A stretch of 64,000 bases of DNA, from NCBI GenBank assembly GCA_965231015.1, contig OZ246408.1:481237-545236 (forward strand), in the 5' to 3' direction. The stretch is from an uncultured Gammaproteobacteria bacterium (GTDB lineage: Bacteria; Patescibacteriota; Patescibacteriia; UBA9934; CAZDDW01). Below are positions 8,737 through 17,189 of the stretch, in pieces. The position numbers and the translations under genes are program-made. The notes beneath the pieces are model-generated. The model had not been told where the DNA came from, searched no databases, and saw only the letters and a list, made by a program, of their open reading frames with translations. Position 1 is the stretch's first letter; every line of letters begins with the position of its first letter.

Positions 8737-9808
8737 TTTTCCGCCCCGCCGAGGAGGAGTGGCGCGGTACTTAGACAGTCTTTGTCACGAATTCAAAGAC
8801 CAGGTTTTGGTTTTAGCCGAACATGAAGTGGGGGAGAAAAGTTTTGATCCCGTGGCAGGTTATAAAATCGAGCGAGTTAATCTGATGTTTAAGTATTGGT
8901 GGCCGCGGTGGAAAAAGATGTTGTGGCTCGTATTTACTCGTCTGCGCCAGTTCGATGTGATTTGGACATCTCACGTTTTACCAGTTGGTTTGGTAGCCAT
9001 GATTTCTAAGTTGGTCTATCGCAAGCCATACTTTGTGTTTTTACATGGTATGGATTTTGCTTTGGCCACACGAAACTCGTGGAAAAAGTTTTTAACTCGG
9101 CAGATCATTAAACGAGCCGAACTTGTACTGACAAATTCTTGTGCCCTAGAAAAAAGAGTCCTTAAGTTTGTACCAGGGGTTCAAACCGAGGTAATATATC
9201 CGTCCGTGTCAGCCAAACTAACCGCGGTTGATTCTGATCGAGACTATCGAGCTGATGATACTGTTCATTTACTATCAGTGTCTCGGCTGGTTGGCCGCAA
9301 AGGTCACTATAACGTTATGCGAGCTTTGCGTCAGGTGTTGCTTGAAAAACCGGACATTAAAATTCACTACAACATCGTTGGTTCGGGAATTGAATACGCC
9401 AGCTTGCTTCGTCATATGGAAAATTTAAATCTTGAAAACCAGGTTTCATTTCATCAGCACGTAGAAGATCGGGAACTACCAAGTTTTTATACGAATGCTG
9501 ACATATTTATTTTGCCAACCGAGAACATGGGAGCAGATCTAGAAGGTTTCGGGATCGTATATTTAGAAGCTGGGCTTTCCGGGCTTCCAGTAATTGCCTC
9601 GAATTTGCCAGGGGTGAATGAGGCGGTGCTTGATGGTCAAACCGGAGTGTTAGTAGAACCGGGGAATGTGGACGATATTGCGCGAGCCATTAAGATCCTG
9701 ATCGATAATCCGGATCTTTGTAAGAAAATGGGAAAGGCGGGGTATGATCGTGCTCGGACCGAGTTTACCTCTCGTGCTCAAGCGGATAAACTGAAAAAAT
9801 ATCTATGA
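8708..9808 (+). CDS. glycosyltransferase family 4 (GT-B, group 1)
   Basis: The C-terminal EX7E-like region (GFGIVYLEAGLSGLPVIASNLPGVNEAVLDGQTGVLVEPGN) matches GT4. Confidence 0.85.
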   Translation: MKRILLITPDFPPRRGGVARYLDSLCHEFKDQVLVLAEHEVGEKSFDPVAGYKIERVNLMFKYWWPRWKKMLWLVFTRLRQFDVIWTSHVLPVGLVAMISKLVYRKPYFVFLHGMDFALATRNSWKKFLTRQIIKRAELVLTNSCALEKRVLKFVPGVQTEVIYPSVSAKLTAVDSDRDYRADDTVHLLSVSRLVGRKGHYNVMRALRQVLLEKPDIKIHYNIVGSGIEYASLLRHMENLNLENQVSFHQHVEDRELPSFYTNADIFILPTENMGADLEGFGIVYLEAGLSGLPVIASNLPGVNEAVLDGQTGVLVEPGNVDDIARAIKILIDNPDLCKKMGKAGYDRARTEFTSRAQADKLKKYL

Positions 9809-10497
9809 TTAGTATAATTATTCCAACTTATAATGATGCGGAATTTTTACCTCTATGCTTAGAATCAGTATTTGGTCAGACCTTTCGGGATTTCGAGATC
9901 ATCGTAGTCAACGATGGATCAACGGACAATACTAAAGAAATTTTATCGAGCTACGAAAACCAGATTAAGGTCATTCATCAGGAAAACACGGGGCGCAATC
10001 CTGCCCGCATGCGCGGCTACGCTGAAGCGAATGGGGACTATCTATTATTTCTCGATTCAGATATTGAAATGGAACCGGACATGCTTGAGAATTTGTATCG
10101 AGCTCTTGAAACAAGCCCGGACGCGTCTTTTGCTTATGGTCAGTTCGTTTTTGGCAATAAAATGTTTTCGAGTTTTCCGTATGATCCGGAGCTTCTCAAA
10201 AAGATGAACTATATTCACACCTCAGCTCTAATTCGCCGAGCCCATTTTCCTGGGTTTGATCCAGAGATTAAAAAATTTCAGGATTGGGATGTGTGGCTCA
10301 CCATGCTCGGGCAAGGTCACACCGGAGTGTATGTTCCGAAGCTTGTGTTTAAAGCTCACGTAGATGGACAAGCCCTATCAAAATGGTTGCCCGCGTTTGT
10401 ATACAAGATTCCGTGGAAGTATCTTGGCTGGACACCAAAAAGAATTCGAGAGTATGAGGAAGCAAAAAGAATAATACAAAATAAACATAGCATATAG
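9805..10497 (+). CDS. glycosyltransferase family 2
   Basis: The motif MISIIIPTYNDAEFLPLCLESVFGQTFRDFEIIVVNDGSTD plus a DSD motif matches GT2. Confidence 0.85.
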   Translation: MISIIIPTYNDAEFLPLCLESVFGQTFRDFEIIVVNDGSTDNTKEILSSYENQIKVIHQENTGRNPARMRGYAEANGDYLLFLDSDIEMEPDMLENLYRALETSPDASFAYGQFVFGNKMFSSFPYDPELLKKMNYIHTSALIRRAHFPGFDPEIKKFQDWDVWLTMLGQGHTGVYVPKLVFKAHVDGQALSKWLPAFVYKIPWKYLGWTPKRIREYEEAKRIIQNKHSI

Positions 10498-10499
10498 CA

Positions 10500-10537
10500 C
10501 GTCGCAAATCGCTCGTCGTCCAGAAACGACATGCGAC
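10500..10537 (+). promoter_or_regulatory. palindromic leader element (CGTCGCAAATCGCTCGTCGTCCAGAAACGACATGCGAC) in 5' UTR of GT2 gene; second copy at 29627..29664
   Basis: A second copy with about 38/42 matches lies in the equivalent position upstream of another glycosyltransferase gene. It has nested inverted repeats (GTCGCA...GTCGT / ACGAC..GCGAC). Confidence 0.5.
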
Positions 10538-10562
10538 AAGCGACGCGCAACGTGTGATATAT

Positions 10563-11420
10563 ATGAACGACGTTTCGATTATTATTGTGAACTATAAAGT
10601 CGCCGATCTAGTGGAACGGTGTATTGCTTCGGTTTATGAATATACCAAAGGAGTGAATTTTGAGATCTATTTAGTCGACAATGCTTCAGGAGATGATGTG
10701 GTGCCGCGCATTAGCTCGAAATTTCCCGAGGTCAACATTGTAGCCAACAACAAGAATCTAGGTTTTGCCGCGGCCTGTGATCAGGGAATTGAGCTCTCAC
10801 GCGGTGAGTTTGTGTTGTTATTGAATCCTGATACCGAGCTCAAGGATGACGCGATCAGTCAGGTAGTCTCGAAGATGCAAACGGATAGGGAAGTTGGAGT
10901 TGGGGGTGTGCACCTGGTGAACCCGGACGGAACCCACCAGAGTTCAGGGGTGCGGCGTTTTCCGGGCGTACTCGATCAGTTGCTGATTATGCTCAAGATT
11001 CCGCATCTGTTTGGCGAAGTCGGACCGGTGAAACGGTATTTAATGTCGAATCTCGATTACGCCGAGTCGCAAGATGTGGACCAAGTCATGGGCGCGTTCT
11101 TCTGCATCCGCCGGGAGTTAATGCAAAAAATCGGTATGCTCGACCCTGGATTTTTTATCTGGTTTGAAGAGGTGGATTTTTGTAAACGAGCCGTCGATTC
11201 AGGATATCGAGTTCGTTACTATGCGGATATTGACGTCGTGCATCATCGCGGCGCGAGCTTCGGCCAAGTTGCCACGATCAAGAAACAACGCTGGATCCGC
11301 AACAGTCTGCGCAGATATATCCGCAAGCACAAAGGTGTACCTGCGTGGTTGCTCTTTGTCCTGCTCGAGCCCGTGTTTATCGTTCTCGCAATCATGGCTC
11401 AAATAATTAAACCGAAATAA
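10563..11420 (+). CDS. glycosyltransferase family 2
   Basis: The motif MNDVSIIIVNYKVADLVERCIASVYEY....YLVDNASGDD matches GT2. The tracked ORF starts at a GTG at 10554; the ATG at 10563 is preferred. Confidence 0.85.
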   Translation: MNDVSIIIVNYKVADLVERCIASVYEYTKGVNFEIYLVDNASGDDVVPRISSKFPEVNIVANNKNLGFAAACDQGIELSRGEFVLLLNPDTELKDDAISQVVSKMQTDREVGVGGVHLVNPDGTHQSSGVRRFPGVLDQLLIMLKIPHLFGEVGPVKRYLMSNLDYAESQDVDQVMGAFFCIRRELMQKIGMLDPGFFIWFEEVDFCKRAVDSGYRVRYYADIDVVHHRGASFGQVATIKKQRWIRNSLRRYIRKHKGVPAWLLFVLLEPVFIVLAIMAQIIKPK

Positions 11421-11463
11421 TTATGATTCCAATTTTGATAAAGTTTAATAGAAAAACTTAAAT

Positions 11464-11724
11464 TTGATTTTCATAGAGAAAATTACACTTGTTGTAGATG
11501 TTGTTCCGGTAGACCTGGATGTCGAATCATCTGAAGGTATTGAAGTGCATGGGGCGGTCGGTTTTTACCATTCAAAAGAAGATGTTATTACTTTTGATGT
11601 TGCTAATAATAAGAGGAAAGAGTTTGAGTTTATGGGGCGACAGTTCTCTATTCATTTAACTGATCAAATAAATGTTGCCACGCCTTTTGAGTATGTATTT
11701 GGTATATCAGAATTAGATTCGTAG
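11464..11724 (+). CDS. hypothetical small protein
   Basis: This 86-aa ORF has no recognisable motif. Confidence 0.25.
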   Translation: MIFIEKITLVVDVVPVDLDVESSEGIEVHGAVGFYHSKEDVITFDVANNKRKEFEFMGRQFSIHLTDQINVATPFEYVFGISELDS

Positions 11725-11830
11725 ACCTTGCCACGCTCTAAATCAAAAACAAAAATCACCCTACGTTCTTTAAACCCAAACCCACCCTCAATTGAAATCA
11801 ATCGAAGGTGAGTGGGTTGGACCTAAACTT

Positions 11831-11905
11831 TGGTGGACCCAACGAGAATTGAACTCGTGTTTCCCGGTACTCAAACGGGTGGGCTAACCATTACCCCATG
11901 GGCCC
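11831..11905 (-). tRNA. tRNA gene with encoded CCA; class I (short variable arm); anticodon loop UUGAGUA giving anticodon GAG by hand-fold, isotype uncertain
   Basis: The reverse complement reads GGGCCCATGGGGTAATGGTTAGCCCACCCGTTTGAGTACCGGGAAACACGAGTTCAATTCTCGTTGGGTCCACCA. It has a 7-bp acceptor stem, a D-arm with GG, a T-arm ACGAG/TTCAATT/CTCGT, and U8, A14, U33. Confidence 0.75.
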
Positions 11906-11938
11906 TGGCCCACAGCCTAGGATGTTTTTCAACAAAAA

Positions 11939-11968
11939 AACTCCTTCTGTAAAAAGGGGAGTTCTTTT
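11939..11968. terminator. hairpin (AACTCCT..GGGAGTT) flanked by A-run / T-run; bidirectional terminator-like
   Basis: It sits between the tRNA and the 12056 operon. There is an A7 run on one side and T4 on the other. Confidence 0.4.
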
Positions 11969-12055
11969 GGAGTACCGGGAATGGGACCATGAGTTGGTAC
12001 CACCCGTTCATAAATAGATTTAATCACGAAAAAGTGCTAATGTCAAGGCACTGAT

Positions 12056-12580
12056 GTGGACAATATGCCTCGATCTAAGCCAAAAAAAGTGACTGTGAAC
12101 GATAAGATGCAGAAGAGTTACCGCTACGAGCTGACGGAACCGTCAGGTCGGAATTTTGATCCCGAATTTAAGCCAGATCTCACGCCTGCGCAAATGCTTA
12201 AGATGGGCGTGTTTGGAGGGAAGTACATGACCGATTGTAAAAAAGAATTTCCGGCTAGTTGGTTTAAAGGTGCCAAGCTGAACTCGAAGCATCATGATCC
12301 GACACTCAATTTTTTCAAGATAGACGCGTCTCAACGTCTCGCGGTCTGGCAAGAAAAAGGTTGGATTCATCCGGATGACCCACGCGGCTGGTTCCAGTGG
12401 TACTGCCGGTATTACATGGGTCGACGACACGAAGATGATGAGCGACAAATCAAACGCTGGAAAGCCATGACGCGCCACGTGGCGCAGGTCAAAAAGAACT
12501 GTGCCAAGGGAGACAAAAAGTGCCACCCGCGCCAGCGCCAAGCCCTGCTTCATTGGGCGTATGATTCACGCAAATTTTAA
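12056..12580 (+). CDS. conserved-looking hypothetical protein (174 aa; motif GWIHPDDPRGWFQWYCRYYMGRR), moderately GC-rich
   Basis: It is clearly coding, with low complexity absent and conserved-looking aromatic motifs. It is 2 nt from the next gene. Confidence 0.6.
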   Translation: MDNMPRSKPKKVTVNDKMQKSYRYELTEPSGRNFDPEFKPDLTPAQMLKMGVFGGKYMTDCKKEFPASWFKGAKLNSKHHDPTLNFFKIDASQRLAVWQEKGWIHPDDPRGWFQWYCRYYMGRRHEDDERQIKRWKAMTRHVAQVKKNCAKGDKKCHPRQRQALLHWAYDSRKF

Positions 12581-12582
12581 CT

Positions 12583-14316
12583 ATGTCCAAAACCCCCAAC
12601 TACGACGCGAAAGTTAAAGCTATCCTCGACGAGCTCACGCCCGGCGAGCGGGTTTGTGAGTTGACCGGGGAGAAGTGGAAGATGACCGAGCGAGAGATTA
12701 GTTGGTACAAAAAGTTCAACGTCCCGCCATCCAAGTACTCGCCGCTCACACGATGGCGGCTCATGACGTCTTTCTTCTGTGGTTGGCAATGGTGGTATAA
12801 TCCGCACCCGAAAACAGGGAAGCCGGTGTTGAGTTATATCCATCCAGCAAGCGGATACAAGGTGCTGCCAGATAATGAGTGGTATGATACAGACTTCAGT
12901 GAAATATCTGCGAAATATAATCCCGATCGTTCGTTTTTTGAACAATTTGACGAGTTTAATAAACAAATTCCTCAATCTGCATCCAAAGATGTAAAGGAAT
13001 CCTATAATTCAATCACAGTAGTTTCGCTTGGAGATGAGGATAGCTATTTTGTTTTAGCCAGCAACACCAAGCGGTCAATCAATTGTTCTTGTGCCAAAGA
13101 TACAGAGGACTCGGCAGAAGTTTATTGGTCAACGAAGGTTCAGAAGTCATATAATATTGTTAATTCACACCGGGTTCATAATTGTAAATATTTACGTGAA
13201 TGTTTTAATTGCCTTAATTCATCTTTTTTGTTTGATTGTAGAGATTGTGAAGATTGTTTTGGGGCTGCTAACAAGCGTCACAAAAAGTACTTATGGTTTA
13301 ATGAACAATTGAGTGAGGGTGAATACCGTCAAAGATTAAAAGAAGTTGATCTCAGTTGTCGCTCCGGGCTTGAAAAATACATTGAGCGTTTCAAAACAAT
13401 GATTACCGAAGAAAGTGTTTGGCCAGAAAATTTTAATGATGCCGTTGAAAACTGTACGGGTGAATATCTTGAAGGGTGCACCGATCTTGATTATTGTTTT
13501 GCCTGCAATCCCGGATCAAGAAACTTGTATTATTGTTCCTTTGTCCACGGTGCTTCCAATGATTGTGCTTTTTGTTGTGGCCCGCACTCGAGTAATTTAT
13601 GTTATTACACCATTCCGTCAGAGTGTTCAAGATCATATTTTTGTTATGAGACTTTCAAATGCAGTAATGTTGAATATTGCATGAATTGTATTAATTGTGA
13701 ACATTGTTTTGCATGTTCCGGTTTACAACACAAAAGGTTTTGTATCTTTAATCGGCAATATCCAGAATCAGAGTATTGGCAAAAGCTCGATGAGATTAAA
13801 TCAAACATGCTCGAGCAAGGAGATTACGGCGAATTTTTTCCCGCCCAGTATGCGCCTGGTTATTTTCCTGATGCAGGGGCTCTCGTTTTTGATGCTCAGG
13901 ATATGGGCAAAAAGTTTGGTGCATTAGAATACGACCCTGAATCGCTTGGTGCTATTGGGGAAGAACTCGCCGATATCTCGAAGATGCGAGACACAAGCGA
14001 AGTACCCGACTGTATTGATGAAATGGCCTTGGATGACTGGACTGACATTCCGGTGTATGATTCAAAGATTAATCGGCGGTTTTCTTATTTGCGCCCGGAA
14101 ATAGATTTTTATAAAAAGAACAGGATCGCTCCGCCCAATGTGCATTTTATTCCACGGGTTAAGCAGTTATACTGGGAAGGGAACACAGGAGTATTTGTTG
14201 ATGCTCGTTGTGCCAAATGTGATCAGGAAATTATGGTGGCTCGAAATAAGACCTACCCAAACCGAACTATCTATTGCAAACCTTGTTACCTAGAGTATCT
14301 TGAACAATATGGGTAA
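12583..14316 (+). CDS. cysteine-rich protein with 7-residue periodic repeats (Cys at fixed heptad position) and C-terminal CxxC...CxxC zinc-ribbon
   Basis: In this 577-aa protein, residues ~165-400 form heptads with Cys repeatedly at the 4th position. Examples are INCSCAK / FNCLNSS / FLFDCRD / CEDCFGA and VENCTGE / YLEGCTD / LDYCFAC / YYCSFVH / FCCGPHS / YCMNCIN / CEHCFAC. There is no signal peptide. Confidence 0.65.
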   Translation: MSKTPNYDAKVKAILDELTPGERVCELTGEKWKMTEREISWYKKFNVPPSKYSPLTRWRLMTSFFCGWQWWYNPHPKTGKPVLSYIHPASGYKVLPDNEWYDTDFSEISAKYNPDRSFFEQFDEFNKQIPQSASKDVKESYNSITVVSLGDEDSYFVLASNTKRSINCSCAKDTEDSAEVYWSTKVQKSYNIVNSHRVHNCKYLRECFNCLNSSFLFDCRDCEDCFGAANKRHKKYLWFNEQLSEGEYRQRLKEVDLSCRSGLEKYIERFKTMITEESVWPENFNDAVENCTGEYLEGCTDLDYCFACNPGSRNLYYCSFVHGASNDCAFCCGPHSSNLCYYTIPSECSRSYFCYETFKCSNVEYCMNCINCEHCFACSGLQHKRFCIFNRQYPESEYWQKLDEIKSNMLEQGDYGEFFPAQYAPGYFPDAGALVFDAQDMGKKFGALEYDPESLGAIGEELADISKMRDTSEVPDCIDEMALDDWTDIPVYDSKINRRFSYLRPEIDFYKKNRIAPPNVHFIPRVKQLYWEGNTGVFVDARCAKCDQEIMVARNKTYPNRTIYCKPCYLEYLEQYG

Positions 14317-15895
14317 GCTGTCAAAACACTTCATTCCGAATGAACAAAGGAATCCACTGATCTCACAATTTGTTGGACCGTTGTTTTGGATTGTCTTGAG
14401 CTCGGTCTTGGTCGCGCATGTGGTTTCGTTCTTCACCCTCGGCACAGTGGCCGAATCGGTCATGGTGGTGGTAATCGGGGTTTTGGTGTTTGGTTTAAGC
14501 CTGTGGAAGCTTGAATATGGGCTTTATTTTGCCTTTGCAGAGCTATTTGTGGGCTCACATGGTCACTTATTCGATTTCGGGTGGTTCAGCGTAAGAATGG
14601 CCATTTTTGCGGCCGTGATGTTGGCTTGGTTGGTCAAATTTGTTACTCGCCGGATCGATTTCTTTTTGAAGGATTACCGGATTTATCCGTATTTACTGTT
14701 GGTTGTGTCCGTGATTATCGGAACCGCGGTCGGGCTTGTGGCCGGAAACGATAAAATGGACGTGTTTAATGACATGAACGCCTATTTGTTTCTTGGGTAT
14801 TTATTGCCAGTGCTTTCGATCCGTTGGACAGCGCTTCGTAAGCGCTCGCTTTTAGAGGTGCTGGCTGCCGGCGGAGCCTGGATCGTGGTCGAGTCACTGG
14901 CTCTGTTCTACGTGTTCACGCACGCGAGCGAAGACTTAGAGCGATTACTTTACATTTTTTTCCGTGACGCTCGTATTGCTGAAATTACACGAGTCTCCGG
15001 AGATGTGTTTCGGGTGTTCATGCAGTCACAGTTCACAGTTGTGATTGTGCTCATAATTGCCACGGCCGCACTTTTTTACTTGTGGCAACGTCACGTTAAT
15101 CGTAACTTTATTGCCTTGTCGTTGATCGGACTTTGGGCTGCAGTAATTTTGAGTATGTCACGCAGTTTCTGGGTCGGCCTCGCAGCCGGACTTGGTGTGC
15201 TAGGATTGTTTGTTCTTTTTAGTAAGGGGTATGGATTTGGAAAATTTGTCACGCGAGTTTTTCTCTCGGTTCTCATGCTTGGATCCGGCGTGTTGCTGCT
15301 TTGGAACTTGTTGGCTGTACCATTTCCGCAAGCGCTTGGGGTAGGGGACTTTGGTTCGATCTTGTCGTCCCGAGCCACAGACTTGGACGAGGCCGCAGCC
15401 CGAAGTCGTTGGAGTTTGATTGGGCCAATGATGGAACAGATTGGGCAGAGCCCGCTTGCTGGACGCGGATTTGGTACCATTGTTGAATATGAATCAGATG
15501 ATCCACGCGTACAAAAATTCTATGGTGGAGTTGCTACTACGTATGCATTTGAATGGGGGTTCCTGGATCTGTGGCTAAAGATGGGACTGCTCGGTCTGGC
15601 TGCATTTGTTTGGATCTTTGTGATGTATATTCGTTCACTCTTTGGTGCGGCTAAGACCGAGGAACACGGTTGGCTTATGCTCGCGCTTGGTTGCGGACTC
15701 ATTGCCCTTTATGCTACCCATATTTTTTCACCATACTTGAATCATCCAATCGGGCTCGGGTTTTTGGTCTTCCTAATGCCATTTTTAGATCTGACTCATC
15801 CTCATTTTTCCTTCGAATCAATTAAGGAAACCGTTAAGCAAAAAACTGCTGTGCAAACAACCACCCCGGCCATGACTTCAAAGATTGTGGATTAA
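14300..15895 (+). CDS. O-antigen ligase (Wzy_C/WaaL) family membrane protein
   Basis: It is a multi-TM protein. The central loop has an SMSRSFWVGLAAGLGVLGLFVLF motif typical of Wzy_C. It overlaps the previous gene by 17 nt. Confidence 0.6.
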   Translation: MNNMGKLSKHFIPNEQRNPLISQFVGPLFWIVLSSVLVAHVVSFFTLGTVAESVMVVVIGVLVFGLSLWKLEYGLYFAFAELFVGSHGHLFDFGWFSVRMAIFAAVMLAWLVKFVTRRIDFFLKDYRIYPYLLLVVSVIIGTAVGLVAGNDKMDVFNDMNAYLFLGYLLPVLSIRWTALRKRSLLEVLAAGGAWIVVESLALFYVFTHASEDLERLLYIFFRDARIAEITRVSGDVFRVFMQSQFTVVIVLIIATAALFYLWQRHVNRNFIALSLIGLWAAVILSMSRSFWVGLAAGLGVLGLFVLFSKGYGFGKFVTRVFLSVLMLGSGVLLLWNLLAVPFPQALGVGDFGSILSSRATDLDEAAARSRWSLIGPMMEQIGQSPLAGRGFGTIVEYESDDPRVQKFYGGVATTYAFEWGFLDLWLKMGLLGLAAFVWIFVMYIRSLFGAAKTEEHGWLMLALGCGLIALYATHIFSPYLNHPIGLGFLVFLMPFLDLTHPHFSFESIKETVKQKTAVQTTTPAMTSKIVD

Positions 15896-16046
15896 GATTT
15901 CCACAATCTTAATCTTGACGATCAGGTCAAACCGTGTTAAACAGAAAATAGATTATAAAAGACTCCCCAATTTTTTTTGCGGAGTTTTTATTTTCAAAAA
16001 CAGTTGTATAAACAGTTCGATCGCATCATATTTAGAACCAAAGACA

Positions 16047-16541
16047 ATGTCTGAAATTAAGGAAACATTTCTGGATTTGCTACACTTGGCTGGTATGGCA
16101 ATGAGTAATGGTCGGCATATGCCTTCGACCATGTTTTTAGATCGCGAGTCATATAACAGATGGTGTGAAATACAGGAAAGAAAGAAGATGAAACGCTTCA
16201 AATATGAAATAAAACGGCAGAATATTCTTAAAATAGAAGAGAGACACAATGAGATAATTTTACATATATCGCAAAAAGGAAAGCTTGAAGCCCTGAAACA
16301 GCAGATAATGAGCACAGAAGATGAACTACCAAAAGGACAATTGTGTGTTGTGAGTTACGATATTCCAGAGATTGCAAAAAAGAGCAGGGCGGTTTTTCGG
16401 GGGTTTTTAAAACGATCAGGATTTGCTCAGTTGCATAAAAGCACCTGGCATACGAGAAAAAATGTTGTTAAAACACTTAAGCAGTTGATCGATAAACTAG
16501 AGATCAATGAATGGGTTTCTGTTTTTCATGTTGTTGGTTAG
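16047..16541 (+). CDS. PaaX-like mini regulator (wHTH + Cas2-fold domain), paralog of 6316..6813
   Basis: It begins MSEIKETFLDLLHLAGMAMSNGRHMPSTMFLDRESY, versus MSETIEMLKDLMHMTGVALSSGRHMPSTSILSRASY in copy 1. The C-terminus reads LCVVSYDIPEIAKKSRAVFRGFLKRSGFAQLHKSTWHT. The tracked ORF starts upstream at 15885; the ATG at 16047 is preferred. Confidence 0.55.
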   Translation: MSEIKETFLDLLHLAGMAMSNGRHMPSTMFLDRESYNRWCEIQERKKMKRFKYEIKRQNILKIEERHNEIILHISQKGKLEALKQQIMSTEDELPKGQLCVVSYDIPEIAKKSRAVFRGFLKRSGFAQLHKSTWHTRKNVVKTLKQLIDKLEINEWVSVFHVVG

Positions 16542-16608
16542 TGGTTGTAAAAATAGTGCGATCGCGCGTTTTCTGAAACCAGATTGCGTGATTCTATTTA
16601 TTGGAATA

Positions 16609-16634
16609 ACAAAAAACCGCGGTTTAAACCACGA
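16609..16634 (-). terminator. second (backup) Rho-independent terminator of the minus-strand ncRNA (CGUGGUUUAAACCGCG + U6)
   Basis: On the minus strand, the hairpin is followed by TTTTTTGTT. Confidence 0.55.
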
Positions 16635-16659
16635 CTGCTGCAGTCACGAGTGAAATATT

Positions 16660-17183
16660 TGATTAAAAAAAGGCGGGATCGTTTCAATTCACTAGGAATT
16701 GTCGTTTCCCGCCAGAGTGAAGACCATACAGTCACAGCCTGCCCTGATAAAGTAGCTGTTTTTTGACCGTACGTGACACCTTTTTTCACCCTCGGAAGGG
16801 AGACCTGATCGTGCCAAACCAGGATTATCTTTCGTTGCCCGTTAAGGATGCGGGCCTTTGGTGGATGATTAGTCGCACAACGCTGATCGTCCTAGCTCAT
16901 GGGTGGGAACCCCCAATCATTGCCAGGCAATCGACTCTTGCCGCATCAGTTTCCCTGGTTCTCACCTGAACCATCTGATGGGCCTGTCCTTAAGGACCGG
17001 TGAGCTTATCGGGGATCTTGCCAACGTCAGGGTCGCCAGCATCCCTTGGATAAGTGTCCCGTGGTATAGTAGGTCACCCTTTTCCTGAGCCACGTCTCAG
17101 GGGGTGGGCAAGGACGGGGGGGCCGCCTTGCCTCGGCCTTTTCCACTCCGCAGAAACCCTTCAAGTTGGATTCCCACGGTGAT
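16660..17183 (-). ncRNA. candidate ~0.5 kb structured non-coding RNA of unknown class (GC-rich, no ORF over 68 aa in any frame)
   Basis: A consensus promoter lies at 17190..17218 and tandem terminators at its far end. The region is markedly GC-richer than its flanks and has many internal hairpins (e.g. GGCAAGGCGGCCCCCCCGUCCUUGCC). There is no downstream gene on this strand. Confidence 0.55.
16663..16712 (-). terminator. Rho-independent terminator (GGCGGGAAACGA....CGAUCCCGCC + U7) ending the minus-strand ncRNA
   Basis: On the minus strand, an 8-bp GC stem is followed by TTTTTTT. Confidence 0.7.
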
Positions 17184-17189
17184 GCGCCC

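Noticed and set aside
16660-17183. RNase P RNA / tmRNA / SRP RNA identity for the ncRNA candidate
   Set aside because: Manual search found no CR-I/CR-V RNase P blocks, no tRNA-like 3' end with tag ORF, and no SRP domain-IV motif. It is left as an unknown class pending a covariance-model search.
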